Of a DNA stretch of 64,000 nt, positions 13,885 through 27,148 are shown one piece after another. Location of the stretch: NCBI GenBank assembly GCA_951406725.2, contig OX597817.1:43338001-43402000 (forward strand). Direction: 5' to 3'. Every line of letters begins with the position of its first letter. Position 1 is the first letter of the stretch. Below the pieces are notes generated by a model. It was not told the origin of the DNA. It searched no databases and saw nothing but the letters and a program-made list of their open reading frames with translations. A program made the translations under genes and the position numbers. Source of the DNA: Octopus vulgaris. Taxonomy: Eukaryota.

Positions 13885-14025
13885 ATTCTTGTGGAATAGA
13901 ACAATTTGCTTGCTCTGATGGGGAATGTCTTTCAATTCGTCTTCTTTGCAACACACAAGAGGACTGTGATGATGGAAGTGATGAATCCGGGTGTGTATAT
14001 AATACAACTGAACTTCCAACAACAG
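13885..14025 (+). CDS. LDL-receptor class A domain exon 3
   Basis: ctttgcag| acceptor and |gtaagg donor; 141 bp, phase 1-1. [47 protein letters not shown]. Confidence 0.92.
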
Positions 14026-14264
14026 GTAAGGAGAAGGCTTCTCTCTCTGTAACTGTAATTGTTGCTATTTAGCTAATGTATCAGACCTGATTATCGTTAC
14101 CTGCGTCGCCTTACTAGCACTTGTGCTGGTGGCACGTGAAAAATCATTCGAGCGAGGTCATTGCCAGTGCTGCTGGACTGGCTCCTGTGCAGGTGGCACA
14201 TAAAAAGCACCATTTGAGCGTGACCATTGCCAGTACCAACTGACTGGCCCTCGTGCTGGTGGCA

Positions 14265-14364
14265 NNNNNNNNNNNNNNNNNNNNNNNNNNNNNNNNNNNN
14301 NNNNNNNNNNNNNNNNNNNNNNNNNNNNNNNNNNNNNNNNNNNNNNNNNNNNNNNNNNNNNNNN
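14265..14364. other. Assembly gap (100 N)
   Basis: Run of exactly 100 N that truncates a (GAT)n-family retroposon; true size unknown. Confidence 0.99.
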
Positions 14365-14499
14365 ATTGTACATAATTACAAATATATATTAGTTGTAATA
14401 ATTGAAAAAAAAAAAAAATGAACCTTCTAATTTTTAAAATTAATTATTTATTATTCATGCAAAATACTTTTCCCTCATTATATACTAATAAGGCCTTTT

Positions 14500-14530
<31 letters not shown>

Positions 14531-14546
14531 TAATCATCATCATCAT

Positions 14547-14826
14547 TGTTCGACCGTGGTCGAGACAATGGAATTTACCATGTTGCGCCAGACTTCACGG
14601 TCCATCATAACATTACGGAGGTCCTGTTGCTGGATGCCTGTATCCCTGGAGATTACATCAGAGTAGGAGAGTGTGCGCCCTCTGGAGTAGAAATTACCTC
14701 CTTTTCAGCTCTACAACAATGTCCAGCAAACTGGACTCTCCTACCTTTCACAAGAGATGACACAGGTGGTAATTTCCCATATATTTGCATTTTAGTTGGA
14801 TGGCGCCTCCACGAGAGATTTTGAGC
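14547..14826 (-). mobile_element. RTE-like LINE ORF2 C-terminal fragment
   Basis: QNLSWRRHPTKMQIYGKLPPVSSLVKGRRVQFAGHCCRAEKEVIST, frameshift, then RGRTLSYSDVISRDTG..MDREVWRNMV..EQ*. Ends in a (TGA)n tail. Confidence 0.8.
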
Positions 14827-14873
14827 CTCCACGAGAGATAATGATAATAATGACAACAACAACAACAATAATG

Positions 14874-14937
<64 letters not shown>

Positions 14938-15184
14938 TAATAATAATAATATTAATAATAATAATGATAATCCTTTCTACTAAAGGCACAAGGGATGAAA
15001 TTTGGTGGGAAGGAGACTAGTTGATTACATTGACCCCAATGTTTCACTGGTACTTAATTTATCAACTCCAAAAGGATGAAAGGCAAAGTTGACCTCAGCA
15101 GAATTTGAACTCAGAATGCAGTAGCAGATGAAATACTGCTGAGCATTTTGCTAAGTGTGCTAACAATTCTGCCAGCTCATCGCC

Positions 15185-15186
<2 letters not shown>

Positions 15187-15248
<62 letters not shown>

Positions 15249-15261
15249 TAATAACAATAAC

Positions 15262-15308
<47 letters not shown>

Positions 15309-15321
15309 TAATAACAATAAC

Positions 15322-15373
<52 letters not shown>
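15187..15373. repeat. (AAT)n microsatellite with a 60-bp higher-order duplication
   Basis: 15241-15300 and 15301-15360 are identical, including the AAC interruptions. Confidence 0.95.
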
Positions 15374-15374
<1 letters not shown>

Positions 15375-16026
15375 CATGAGCACTCAGAGAGTGCAAACCT
15401 CTGCCAAGGCAATGCCAATGTCCTCTCAACGATTAGCCGGAGATGATTTTTAAAATGAGAATATCTGAAATAAACTTGATTGCTCTTATAAATGAGAATA
15501 CTAAAAAATGAACCTGATTGTTCACAAAAATTAAGTAAAGAAACCGGAAAAATAATCCAGAATCCTTGTCCACTACCTGATCAATTCCAATGGTAATCAT
15601 GGAATGTGAAGTTAGGTGTGTGGGCAGTGTTTGTAATGCTGTGTGTGTGTCTTCTGCAGTGGGAACAGGGACAATTTTCTCTATGGAGGCTTTCTTTAGT
15701 CTATTCACTGATGCAGTGTCTTTATGACCATTAAGGTCTATAGTGAAAAATTTATCCATGTGGACTCTCTCTATCTCCTTATTCAACCTTTCATAATATC
15801 ATTTCCATACCTCTTCCCCGACTCTTTGTTTTTGTTTTTTTTTTGCATCAGCAAAGGCAAATGTGTTGTTATCATTCTACACACACAATGGGGTCAAACC
15901 CTGAATCACGTGGTTGCACAGCCAACTTATCTTTTACTTAAATTCTTGTTCCAGGAATTTAACAGAAGCCACTTAATAATTCAGGATGTAGAGACAAGAG
16001 TGATTCTCATGTGAAAACATAAATTC

Positions 16027-16070
<44 letters not shown>

Positions 16071-16274
16071 CTTATTTCTCTTGGTACAAGTCTATGTACA
16101 TGACTGTGTATTTTATTGCTACTTTTTTTCGATTAGCCCCGGAGCAATTCTGATTGAAGTAGTCCAATGACAAAATGTGTTTTTGACATAAACATCACTT
16201 GTTCCATCTATTATTCAGATACAGCCTATCTAGGACGTGAATGTATATGTATTAGAGAGAGGGGTTAGGGAGAA

Positions 16275-16337
<63 letters not shown>

Positions 16338-16987
16338 TTTATATAGCTTAAGCGTACTAATTATCTGGCTCTATTCATAATATTCAATTAATATCTTCTA
16401 TCTCTCTTTGAAGAGATTGAAGAAAATTTAATTATTAAAAATTAATCAGCATACAAATGCATGTATGAGTGTAGACAGCTGTCATATATTATATTAACAT
16501 TCAATAATTTTATCAAGCCATAGTGAAAATATTTCATTAGAAAATCTAGTAAGAGTTAGCATATTAGATCTTGATCAGGATTTTGACTTCATACATTTAA
16601 TTGCTTATGATTAATTTGTATGGAGGTGCATGCTAAGTGGTTAGGGCATTCAGTTCATGATCATAACGTTGTGAGTTCGATTTCTGCTGGTGTGTTGTGA
16701 CCTTGAGCAAGACACTTTATTTCACATTGCTCCAGTCCACTCAGCCGGCAGAATTGAGTAGTACTTGCATTTCAAAGAGCCAGCCTTGTTACATTTTGTG
16801 TCACTGAATCTTACCGAGAACCACGTTAAGGGTATATGTGTCTGTGGTGTACTCAGCCACTTGCATGTTAGTTTCATGAGTAGGCTGTTCCATTGATCGG
16901 ATGAACTGGAACCCTTGTCATCATAACCAGCTTTATTTACATTATTTACATTTGATGGATATTTGTCCTCATCTCGTTTGCTGTTAA

Positions 16988-17029
16988 CACAACGTTTTGG
17001 CTGATATACCCTCTAGCCTTCTTCAGGTG
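16988..17029 (-). ncRNA. Degenerate ultra-minimal hammerhead motif in a Penelope-like repeat
   Basis: CAC-CUGAAGA-A-GGCU...AGCC-AAAAC-GUU|GUG. The GAAA box is altered to AAAA. Confidence 0.5.
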
Positions 17030-19220
17030 ACTTGGGGAAATTTTGAACCTGGGTTCTCATTTCTAAGGTATTTTTCGATGGTATTTGATATTATTATTAT
17101 CATTATTATTATTATTATTATTGTTCGGGTTTCTGCTTGGAATCGAACTTGGAATCTTGGGGGTTAGTAGCCTGCACTCTTAACCACTACACCATAAGCT
17201 CGTGGACCTCATTGCAGAAAGCAGGGAAAATTCTCTTATTTACTGATAGAAAGAAGTTCAACAGGCATTTAATTTTGTCATGCTGGTTGGTCTATTGTAC
17301 AATGCAATTGGATACAAAACTGTATCCCGTGTAAAACTAGACCAATCCAAGAAACAAACTCAGCCATGACTGGTTTATGTGACCAATCGATAGGAACATG
17401 CAGGGTGAGCTGATTTCTGACTATTTAACCTTAACCAAGCAATTTATGACAACAGTCTCGCTACAGGATCATTCTCATTCCCATCCAGGTATATTTGGAA
17501 AATATGGCTATGTTTTATCTTTTAATTATTACAGTCCTTGGAGTACAGCCATGCTGGGGCACTACCTTGAAGGGCTTAATCAAACAAATTTACTCCAGGA
17601 TTTATTTTTCAGTCTGGTGCCTGTTTTATTGGTTCCTTTTGCCAAACTACTAAATAACAGGGATGTAAAACAAGCCAACATGAGTTGTGAAGCATTGGTA
17701 GGGGACAAACACACACACACACACACACACACAAATAGAGATATACATATATGTGTGTATGAGTGAGTGTGTGTGTATTTGTATGTGTGTGTGTGTATAT
17801 GTGTACATGTGTGTGTGTGAATATGTATAAATGTGTGTTTGTGTTTTCCCATTGACTCAACAGTGTTTGTACACTCCTTAAAAACAAAATCAAAGTCATC
17901 AAATAGATGGCTTTAGATCAAAACTGCAGAGGAGGCATTTTGTATTATACTGACCTCTTTATTGGTCAACAAAAATTTTTTAAAAATCAGAGGAAATCTG
18001 ATCAAGTATCTTTCTTAGAAATGAGTGAGGGTTGGCAACAAGAAGGGTGTCTGACTGTGGAAAAGTTTTGCTTAATCTTTTTGATATCAACCTGGTTGAA
18101 ACTGGCTCTGGCTCTGAGTACAAATGTCTTGTTTTCATAAGTTTTGAATTAAAATCTTCCACCAAACCTTAGTCACAATTTATATTCCTGACACTAGCTG
18201 AATGATAACCAAATTATTTTACTAAATTCTTTGTTATATTTAAAGTAAGTGAAAGAAACAGAGAGCATCTCAAAATACAGTAACGAAAGGGTTAACCAAT
18301 GTTCTGGCAGAAACGTTAGCACGCCAGGCGAAATGCTTAGCTGTATTTCGTCTGTCTTTACGTTCAGAGTTCAAATTCCACTGAGGTCATCTTTGCCTTT
18401 CATCCTTTCGGGGTCGATAAATTAAGTACCAATTGTGTACTGGAGTCGATCTTATCGACAGGTCCCATCCCCTAAAATTACAGGCCTTTGTGTCTAGAAT
18501 AGAAAAGAATGTTAGCATAGGGGGGGGGAAGCAGCATTAAAATGGTGATGATGACGATGACAACGATGACAAAGACAATGACAACAACGATGATGATGCT
18601 ACCGCTGTTGCTGCTGCTGATGATGTTGATGATGATGATGGTGATGATGGCTGCGTGAGTTTAGGGCATACAAATGGTAGGAAATATACTCTGTACCTGT
18701 TGTAGAGTTCAATAATATAGACATGCAGTTTTGTAGTTGAGATAAGACTAAATGACAGGTGTGATGATACCTTTGTGAAAGAGATTAAGCATATGGTTAT
18801 TATATAAAGATGTAATCAACAAAGCCAAGGTCTTGGCAAAGATATATTATCTTAAAAGGAAAGTGGGCAATAGTTTAAATAAACAACAGTAGAAACAAAT
18901 AAGTTCTGATTGTGCCTAAACCTTTGGTTTTTAGATTTTTTAGAAAAAAGAAGACAGGTGTCTTTTGGTATTTATACACCACTGTCAATGCTGCCACCAC
19001 TGCTGCTGTGGTTGCCACCACCACCATCACTACCACCACTGCAGTTATATGTAACTTAGACTACTTTTACTATTTAACCCTTTAACATTCAAACTGGCCA
19101 TATCTGGCCCAAATATTCTACCAGTTTTATGTTGAAATGAGCCAGATCAAGCCTTTCACACTTACCCTATAATGTCATTCTAAAAATTTACAATTACTTC
19201 ATTCTAAAAATTTACAATTA

Positions 19221-19741
19221 CAGCCATTTTAGAACATAGTTGAGTCCATAAAACAGGATTTGACTACACCTCCATTTAGAGAACAGTTTAAGCTATCTTA
19301 TCGTGGAAGAAGGTTTATGTTCCTATAACCTGTGTTAATTCTGTAACCTCTTAAAATGGAATATAAGAAAGTTCATTTTCGGCATTTGATGCTTTGGGGA
19401 ACCAGGCAAAAATTGCTGCAGCTCGGCTGGGATGTGTTACCCCACCCTCCATATTCACCAGATATTGCTCCTTCGGATTTCCACTTATTCAGGTTTCTGC
19501 AGAATAGTCTTAATGGTAAAACTTTCAATTCCTTAGATAACGTAAAAAGATACCTTGATAAATTCTTTACCATGAAACCACCCCAAGTCTAGGAAGAGGG
19601 TATTTTCAAGTTAAAGGAAAGATGGAGACGCATTGTGCAACAAAATGGTTCATATTTGGTTGATTAAAAATGTGATGGCAAGTATTTATTGACCTTTTCT
19701 TTCCTCTAAAAATCGGCATGAACTTTCCGGACAACCCAATA
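19221..19741 (+). mobile_element. Internally deleted mariner element
   Basis: ORF 19356-19592 joins the N-terminal MEYKKVHFRHLML directly to LLQLGWDVLPHPPYSPDIAPSDFHLF (mariner YSPD.AP.D motif). Right TIR cggcatgaactttccggacaacccaa + TA. Confidence 0.9.
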
Positions 19742-21489
19742 ATAATAAAGCCAAATATAGCTTGTTATTGTACTCAAGTCAACAGAGAAAGTTGTCACTG
19801 TGTAAGAACAGTAATTATTTACAGTAAAAGATGACTTCAGTGATAAGAATTTATCAGGTTACAAATACAATGTAAACATTTTCCGGATTTTTATCTGATA
19901 TGTGCATGGGCATGTGTGTGTATATGTGTGTACATGTGTGTATACAAATGTATATGTGTGTTTGTGAATGTGAGTATTTGTAAATGTGTGTATCCACTTA
20001 TGATTTTTTCTTCATATGAACTAGTTAAAGGAGGAGGAGGAACAAAGCCCATGATGCAGTCATTCTCAGTTTTATAAGATCATTAATTAGTTTGGATATT
20101 TGTAGTTTGATATCTGCAGGAAAAACAGGCACTGAAAGCAAATTTCAGTAGATTGCCATTTTTGGGAGGAAGGATTTGGTAAAATGTTTATTGTAATTTC
20201 CTAAGTGATGACACGATGAGAGAGAAGTGGAGTGTATTTTCCTAGGTGAAGAAAGTATGCAGGAAGGCAGCGAGCTGGCAGAAACGTTAGCATGCTGGGC
20301 GAAATGCTAAGCAGTATTTCGTCTGCCATTACGTTCTGAGTTCAAATTCTGCCAAGGTCGACTTTGCCTTTCATCCTTTCAGGGTCGATAAATTAAGTAC
20401 CAGTTACACACTGGGGTCGATGTAATCGACTTAATACCTTTGTCTGTCCTTGTGGGTAATAAAGAAATAGGTATGCAGGGAAGAGCAGACTGTTTTAGTA
20501 ACAATAGAAGAGAGATGAAACAACACATCAGTAAGCAAAATTGTTAGCTTTGTAATAAATCCATCTATAGATCTGAAATAAATCAACTCATTACTAGATA
20601 TTGTTCATATTTGTTTATATGAAACTGGTCTTCTATAGCACATCTTATTGATTTTTTTTTCAGGATCTATTAGTTATGATTATTTTTAAAAAAGGAAGTT
20701 CAAAGCAAGACAATACTCACAGCTGTATGAAATCAATAGATTTGCTGACCTACCTGTTGAAGAGTCAACATTTGTTATCCAGCCATTATTGATGTGTGTA
20801 TTTTTGGCACTGGTGCTTAACTTAACAATGATCCTATAAATAGTTACTTTGACCATAAAATACTCTTAGCAGTAAAGTCATAATATAATTGAAATATGTT
20901 GTAATATTGAAGCCCTTTTCCCCATATGAAGTATAGGCCTTTGACAACTGTTCTTGATCCTGGATTGTTTTTCCTGCTTATCTCTAACTGGATCTCTGCA
21001 GCTTCCTTTTGAATTTTATTGCCCTGTGTCATGTTTCCCTGAGGGAAGGCTTTCCTCTCTAAGGTCTTGTTGGTTTTGAATTGTCATTAATGCTTCTGTA
21101 ACTTTACTTTTCTCTAGGCAGTAGAGCTAGCCCTTCATTTTTACCTCTTGGAAGTTGTGGTCCATATTAGTCTAACTTCTATAGTTTGACTTGCCTTGAA
21201 TAAGAGTTTCTAACAGGAGCTTGCCCTCTGCTGGCATAGCTCTAAGGATCACTGAGGCACACAAACTACTACAAAACAAAAAGGACTAGACCTTGTGGTG
21301 GATATATACTGTAATATGCAGTATTAAAAGAAATAAAACTACATGTGATCATAATAGCAGGGAGATATGAATATGACAGACAATATTTTTAACAGTGATA
21401 AAAGCACTTCACCAAGCAACTGAAAAATCTAAGTATTTAATAACTTTAGATATTTTTCCACACTGTGATATCATCATCACCATCACCAT

Positions 21490-21850
21490 CCAGTGTTTTA
21501 TATCTAAGTTTTGTCCCCATTAATGGGGGTGGCCGGATCTACCTCAATGCCATAGCAACCACCCTCACACCATCTCGCCTGGTTTTGGGCGTCCTCCCTT
21601 CTAAAGCCAACCTTTCCAATCTCCTCTTCCACCTGTCCCCTCTACTTTTTCCTCTGTCTACCTCACTTTCCAGGTCCATTTACCTCAAACGCAAACACCC
21701 TCCTCAGAACATGCTCCTCGTCCTTCCCCAACATATGCCCATACCACCGCATTCCATTTGCCCTTGCCAGCCATTCTATCAATTCCTCCAACTCCAGCAT
21801 CCCCATCAAATCCTCAGTCCTCCTCTTATCAAACAGCTTCAACCCACACT
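21490..21850 (-). mobile_element. RTE-clade LINE ORF2 3' fragment
   Basis: Minus translation ..LARANGMRWYGHMLGKDEEHVLRRVFAFEVNG..GRQRKK..QVEEEIGKVG..EDAQNQARW with in-frame stops; (GAT/GGT)n tail. Confidence 0.8.
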
Positions 21851-21878
21851 GAGTTTAAGATCTAATGTTATAAGATTA

Positions 21879-22264
21879 CTAGCAGTATCGCCCGGCGTTG
21901 CTCGGTTTTATTTCGACCCTTTAGAATTGGAATTTTTGAAAAGTAAAAATTTTGCATTATGTTATTCTCTTTGAGTGAACATTTTTCTAGTCGAAATACA
22001 CCAGAAAATGGCTACACAACAGTCAAAAAATCGTAAAAAATAAGGATTTTCATAGGAAAAAAAGCACCTTTTTGATGGAAATAATTTTTGGTGTTAACAT
22101 GGTCCGATTTGAATTTTTTCTTCTACGAAAGGAAGAGCAAGCCTTCTTCTATCATACTCTCAATTTTGGTCAACTTGCACTGCAGGGTCTCAGAGGAGAT
22201 AGTTTTAGTTGAAAGCTACCAAACCAGCCATACACAGACAACTTCAGCTTTATATATATAGAGA
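21879..22264 (-). mobile_element. Non-autonomous Helitron
   Basis: Minus strand begins A|TC(TC)TATATATATA and ends CTAG|T, with a GC-rich subterminal hairpin (ccgagcaacgccggg) and no TSD. Confidence 0.75.
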
Positions 22265-22672
22265 TGAATCAAATTGAATTAATCAACTTTAATTACAAGT
22301 ACATCAGCCTACTTCAGTTGAAAAGTAGCAGTGAGAAATAGAATAGCACAGGCTGTGTTTCTTCCTTACATACAAATTGCTTTATGAAAAATGTCATCTG
22401 CATTTTATTGAGTTTTGTCTCATAAAGCTATTCACACTATCATGCCTGTAACATTTCTCTTTACTTGAAGTTGCACTTCCAATCAGAATAATTTTCAATA
22501 AACTGGCCTATGATATCCATAACTGAGATATCCATGTTACTGAGAAATTCGGTTGTAAGATTTCTTTTTGGTTTTCCAGTCCATACAGTAGAGCCTTCAG
22601 TATCAGTTTGGTTGAGTTCCTGTACTAATCACTGCATTAAGGCCAGGTCTTGAAAATCCTACTTCTGGTATC

Positions 22673-22905
22673 TGTTTCTTTATTACCCACAAGGGACTAA
22701 ACATAGAGGGGACAAACAAGGACAGACAAACAGATTAAGTCGATTACATCGACCCCAGTGCGTAACTGGTACTTATTTAATTGACCCCGAAAGGATGAAA
22801 GGCAAAGTCGACCTCGGCGGAATTTGAACTCAGAATGTAATGGCAGACGAAATATGGCTACGCATTTCGCCTGGCATGCTAACGGTTCTGCCAGCTCACC
22901 GCCTT
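22673..22905 (-). mobile_element. SINE family A, full length
   Basis: Reverse-complement copy with TSD tacttctggtatc at 22660-22672 and 22910-22922. Confidence 0.9.
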
Positions 22906-25900
22906 ATCTTACTTCTGGTATCATGTAACCCAGTATTACCTGTTTCATAGGTGGGTGGTTGGCAACTTGATTGGCTACCCAACCTGTCTTGCAAGGTGAG
23001 GAGGATGTTGTGAATACCCTGCAGGCCTAAAAACAAAGACCTGTCAAAGATCAGATGAGTTCATTGTGAACCACCAGCCATACACATGAGTAGCGTCTTG
23101 TATAAACATGCTGTACAAGGGCTGGAAAACTATGCAGCTGGTCCAAGACTGTAGCCATGAAAGTTCCAATGAAAGAACCTCCACAAGTGATGTGTCATTG
23201 ATAAAAAAAAATAAATCTTCCATCTCTTCAATTGATAAATACTTACCAGAAGACTACTGGAATCTTCCAAATATTCCACATTGATATTTTGCATTCTCCT
23301 TTCTTTGGCAAGCTGATTATTTATTGACTGCTGGTTCTATTTCTTTGGTAAATTCTAGAAAATCTTTGCATAATTCTTGCTATAGCTTTTTCTAAATTCC
23401 TTTCATGTAATTCTTGGTTATTTTACTCCAATATGTTTTAATATTATCTATGACCATTGGAGATATTGTAGTTTTCTGAAAAGTCTCTGAATGATTATTG
23501 ATTATTTATCTTGGTCAAATGTTTCTTCAACAAGCTGTTTGAAGTTGTTACAAAGGAAACCAGCTCTTATGAGTTGGTATGACTCAAGAAAGTAACTTTA
23601 CTTTTTATTAATGTGAAGGCAAAATAGAAATTACATTTGTATAATTCTTCTATGTTAAAAATCACACCTTGAAACATGGGTTGATGTAAAGAAGTGTTGT
23701 TTTGTGGTAAGTAAAACTATTTTCACAGGAATGCAAAGTGGTGAAATTCTGTGGATGACCTAAAACATTATCAATTCCTAACAATGCCTTAGATTCAAGG
23801 TTATGCTCTCCACAATATTTTCACTGCTGAAAATAAGTATGAAACAAACCAGTTGTGGTGTGAATATTTCTTTTGTCACTTTGACCTTCTTTTTAGATCT
23901 TTAGAACATACACACAGTTATTGTCCATATCTGCTGATGCCTTTCTGAATGATTAATAAGTATTAACTTCCACTCGAAGCCTCCTGGAACACTGCCCTAA
24001 AGTAGAAATGTTAAAGTCTTTCCTGGCCTTTAACAAGAGTCACTTTTCTTCTTGTGAAATTGAAGTTCAGGATCGCATGCCTTTCCAGAAATGGCTTTTC
24101 TCGCCTACATTAAATATAAGTTGGCAAAAATAGTTGCTATGTTTGATGATAATCTTAAGAACATAAGGAACTTCCTTTGCTGTCTGAGTGTCAACACAAG
24201 CAGCTTCATATAAACATGGATGCTTTAAATTATGTCATCATTTGAACCTATCAAACAAAACTCTACTAACTACAAATATTTATGAATTATCTCCTTGTTT
24301 TTGTGTCTAATGATATTCCTTCTATCCTTATGATATGCTGGCTTAATAAATTTTGTCATATTCTCGCATCTAAGTACATCTGCTGTTTTTTTAAATTTAT
24401 TCTTTGAACAATTCCCCTTCTTTACAGATGACAAAGGGTCATCATGAGAAAAGCTTTTATTTTGTCTCCATTTTCTTTTACAAGACTGTTTTAATTGTTG
24501 ATGTAGTGAAGCTTAAAGATGTTCCCACATATTTTTATCATTTGTACACTTTGAATTGGCCCAACACTTGAAATTCAACATCCAGAAGCAATGTTTTACT
24601 TCACTACCTGAACTTTCAGCACTTGGTTGTTTTCCACTTGTGATTATCATCATCAACATTTAATGTTCCCTTTTCCATACTTGTATGGGTCACACGAAAT
24701 TTGTTGAAGAGGATTTTCTACAGCCTTTGTAAGCCTAGTACTTATTCTATCAGTTTCTTCTGCCAAACCGCTAAGTTACGGGAACATAAACACACTACCA
24801 TCAGTTGTCAAGTGATGTTGGGGGGACAAACACAGACACACAAACATATACATACACATACATACACACATATATATATATATATACGACAGGCTTCTTT
24901 CAGTTTCTGTCTACCAAATCCACTCACAAGGCTTTGGTCAGCCCGAGGTTATAGTAGAAGACACTTGCCCAAGGTGCCACGCAGTGGGACTGAACCTGGA
25001 ACCATGTGGTTGGTAAGCAAGCTACTTACCACACAGCCTATAGGAAACTTTTACTCTTCACCCCTTTTTATTAATGTGGAGGTGCATGGCTTAGTGGTTA
25101 GGGTGTTGGACTCATGATTGTAAGATTGTGGTTTTGATTCTTGGACCAGGCGACACATTGTATTCTTGAGCAAAACACTTCCTTTCATGTTGCTCAGTTG
25201 GTGAAAATGAATAATCCTGCAATGGACTGGCGTCCCATCCAGGTGAAGAATATACATGCCAGGAAACCAGCTCTTATGAGTCTGTATGACTCAAGAAAGT
25301 AACTTTACTTTTTATTAATGAGAAGACAAAATAGAAATTACAATCGTATAATTCTTCTATTTTCCCTGTGATATTGGACAAGTTTGAAAAGTTTAAAAAC
25401 CATCTCTTATTTTTATTAATTGTAGTAATTTGTCTTCCCTCTTTCCATCCTCACGGGATTTCCAATGAAAAATACTGTTTTATAGACCAATCACTATATA
25501 TATAAAAACTGATAATGTAACAGAAAAAAAAGACAAAACGACTAATGCAAAATAGACATTTTATTCAATAAAAATAATGTTTAAATGTCAAAAAAAATTA
25601 AACATCTTTTCATTTATTTTTTGTGGAATTCATTGTTTTAAAAATAATTTAAAGAACTTCAAGGACGTTCTTAAACAACTTGGTTTGGATTTTGTTCCCT
25701 TAAATTAGTTTTTTCAAATTAGTTTTTTCAAAAAATATTTACAATAATAAATAAATTTTTTTTTATGGAAAGGGAAATATAAAATGTAAATTTAGAACTA
25801 TTTGATGTATTTAATTGTGGAATAATGCAAGTATATTTTTTTCTTGAATAGTTGTTAACATTGGTTTGACTTCACACAGCAGGGGATATAACTGAAAGAA

Positions 25901-26926
25901 TAAGGGCTAAGCTACACCAAGAGGAATACACAGTGCTGAAGATAATCACTAATTCAGATACTTTATTAATGAATTATGTTATTATAATAATTGTTTCTAA
26001 TTTAGGCACAAAGGCAGTGAGCAAGAGAAGAATAAATAGCATGTTGGACAAAATGTTTTGTGGCATTTCTTCTGGTTCTTTACATTCTGAGGTCAAACCT
26101 TGCCAATGTTAACTTTGCTTTTCATCCTTTCAGGGTTGATAAAATAAAGAATCAGCCAAGTATTGGGGATGTAGAGGAGCATAGCTTAGTGGTTAGGGTG
26201 TTGGACTCATGATTGTAAAATTGTGGTTTTGATTCTTGGACCGGGTGATGTGTTGTGTTGTGTGCTTAAGTAAAACCCTTCATTTCACATTGCTCCAGTC
26301 TACTCAACGGATAAAAATGGGTAATCCTGCAATGGACAGGTGTTCCACTCAGGGAGGAATATATATGTCAGAGAAACTGGAAAACTGACCCTATACTCCT
26401 TATGTAGTAATGTGGACTAAAGTATTTGGGATGATGTGATCAATTTTTCCTCTCCCTTCAAAACTGATGGCTTGAACCTTGCAACAGAGTGGTGTCTAGT
26501 TCAAGGAGAATGTTGTGATCTTGGTCACTTATAAGGTAACTGGTCTTATGAATCCTTGGGTTCAAGGAAAAATAAAAGGTACAAATTAGCAATTTTGAAA
26601 GAAAGGGGACACTCAATTTCTTCAATTGCAGCAGGATTTGAACTTAGCGCAGAGGGAGTTGGAACAAATATTGATTTCAAATTTTGGCACAAGGCCAGCA
26701 AATTCAGGAGAGGAGGCAAGTCGCAATGCCACAAAACATTTTGTCCAGTGAACTAATGATTTTTTTATACTCTAGGCACAAGGCCCGAAATTTTGGGGGA
26801 GGGGCCAGGCGATTAGATTGAACCTAGTATGCAACTGGTACTTAATTTGTTGACCCTGAAAGGTTGAAAGGCAAAGTCAACCACAGCGGAACTTGGACTC
26901 AGAATGTAAAGACAGACATCTTTACA

Positions 26927-27148
26927 GGCGAGCTGGCAGAAATGTTAGCATGCCGGTAGAAATGCTTAGCGGTATTTTGTCTGCCGCTACGTTCTGAGTT
27001 CAAATTCTGCTGTGGTTGACTTTGCCTTTAATCCTTTCGGGGTCGATTAAATAAGTACCAGTTACACACTGGGGTCGATATAATTGACAATCTGTCTGTC
27101 CTTGTTTGTCCCCTCTGTGTGTAGCCCCTAGTGAGCAGTAAAGAAATA
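26927..27148 (+). mobile_element. SINE family A nested in an opposite-strand family A copy (about 26770-27225)
   Basis: 16-bp TSD agaatgtaaagacaga at 26901-26916 and 27149-27164. Confidence 0.88.
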
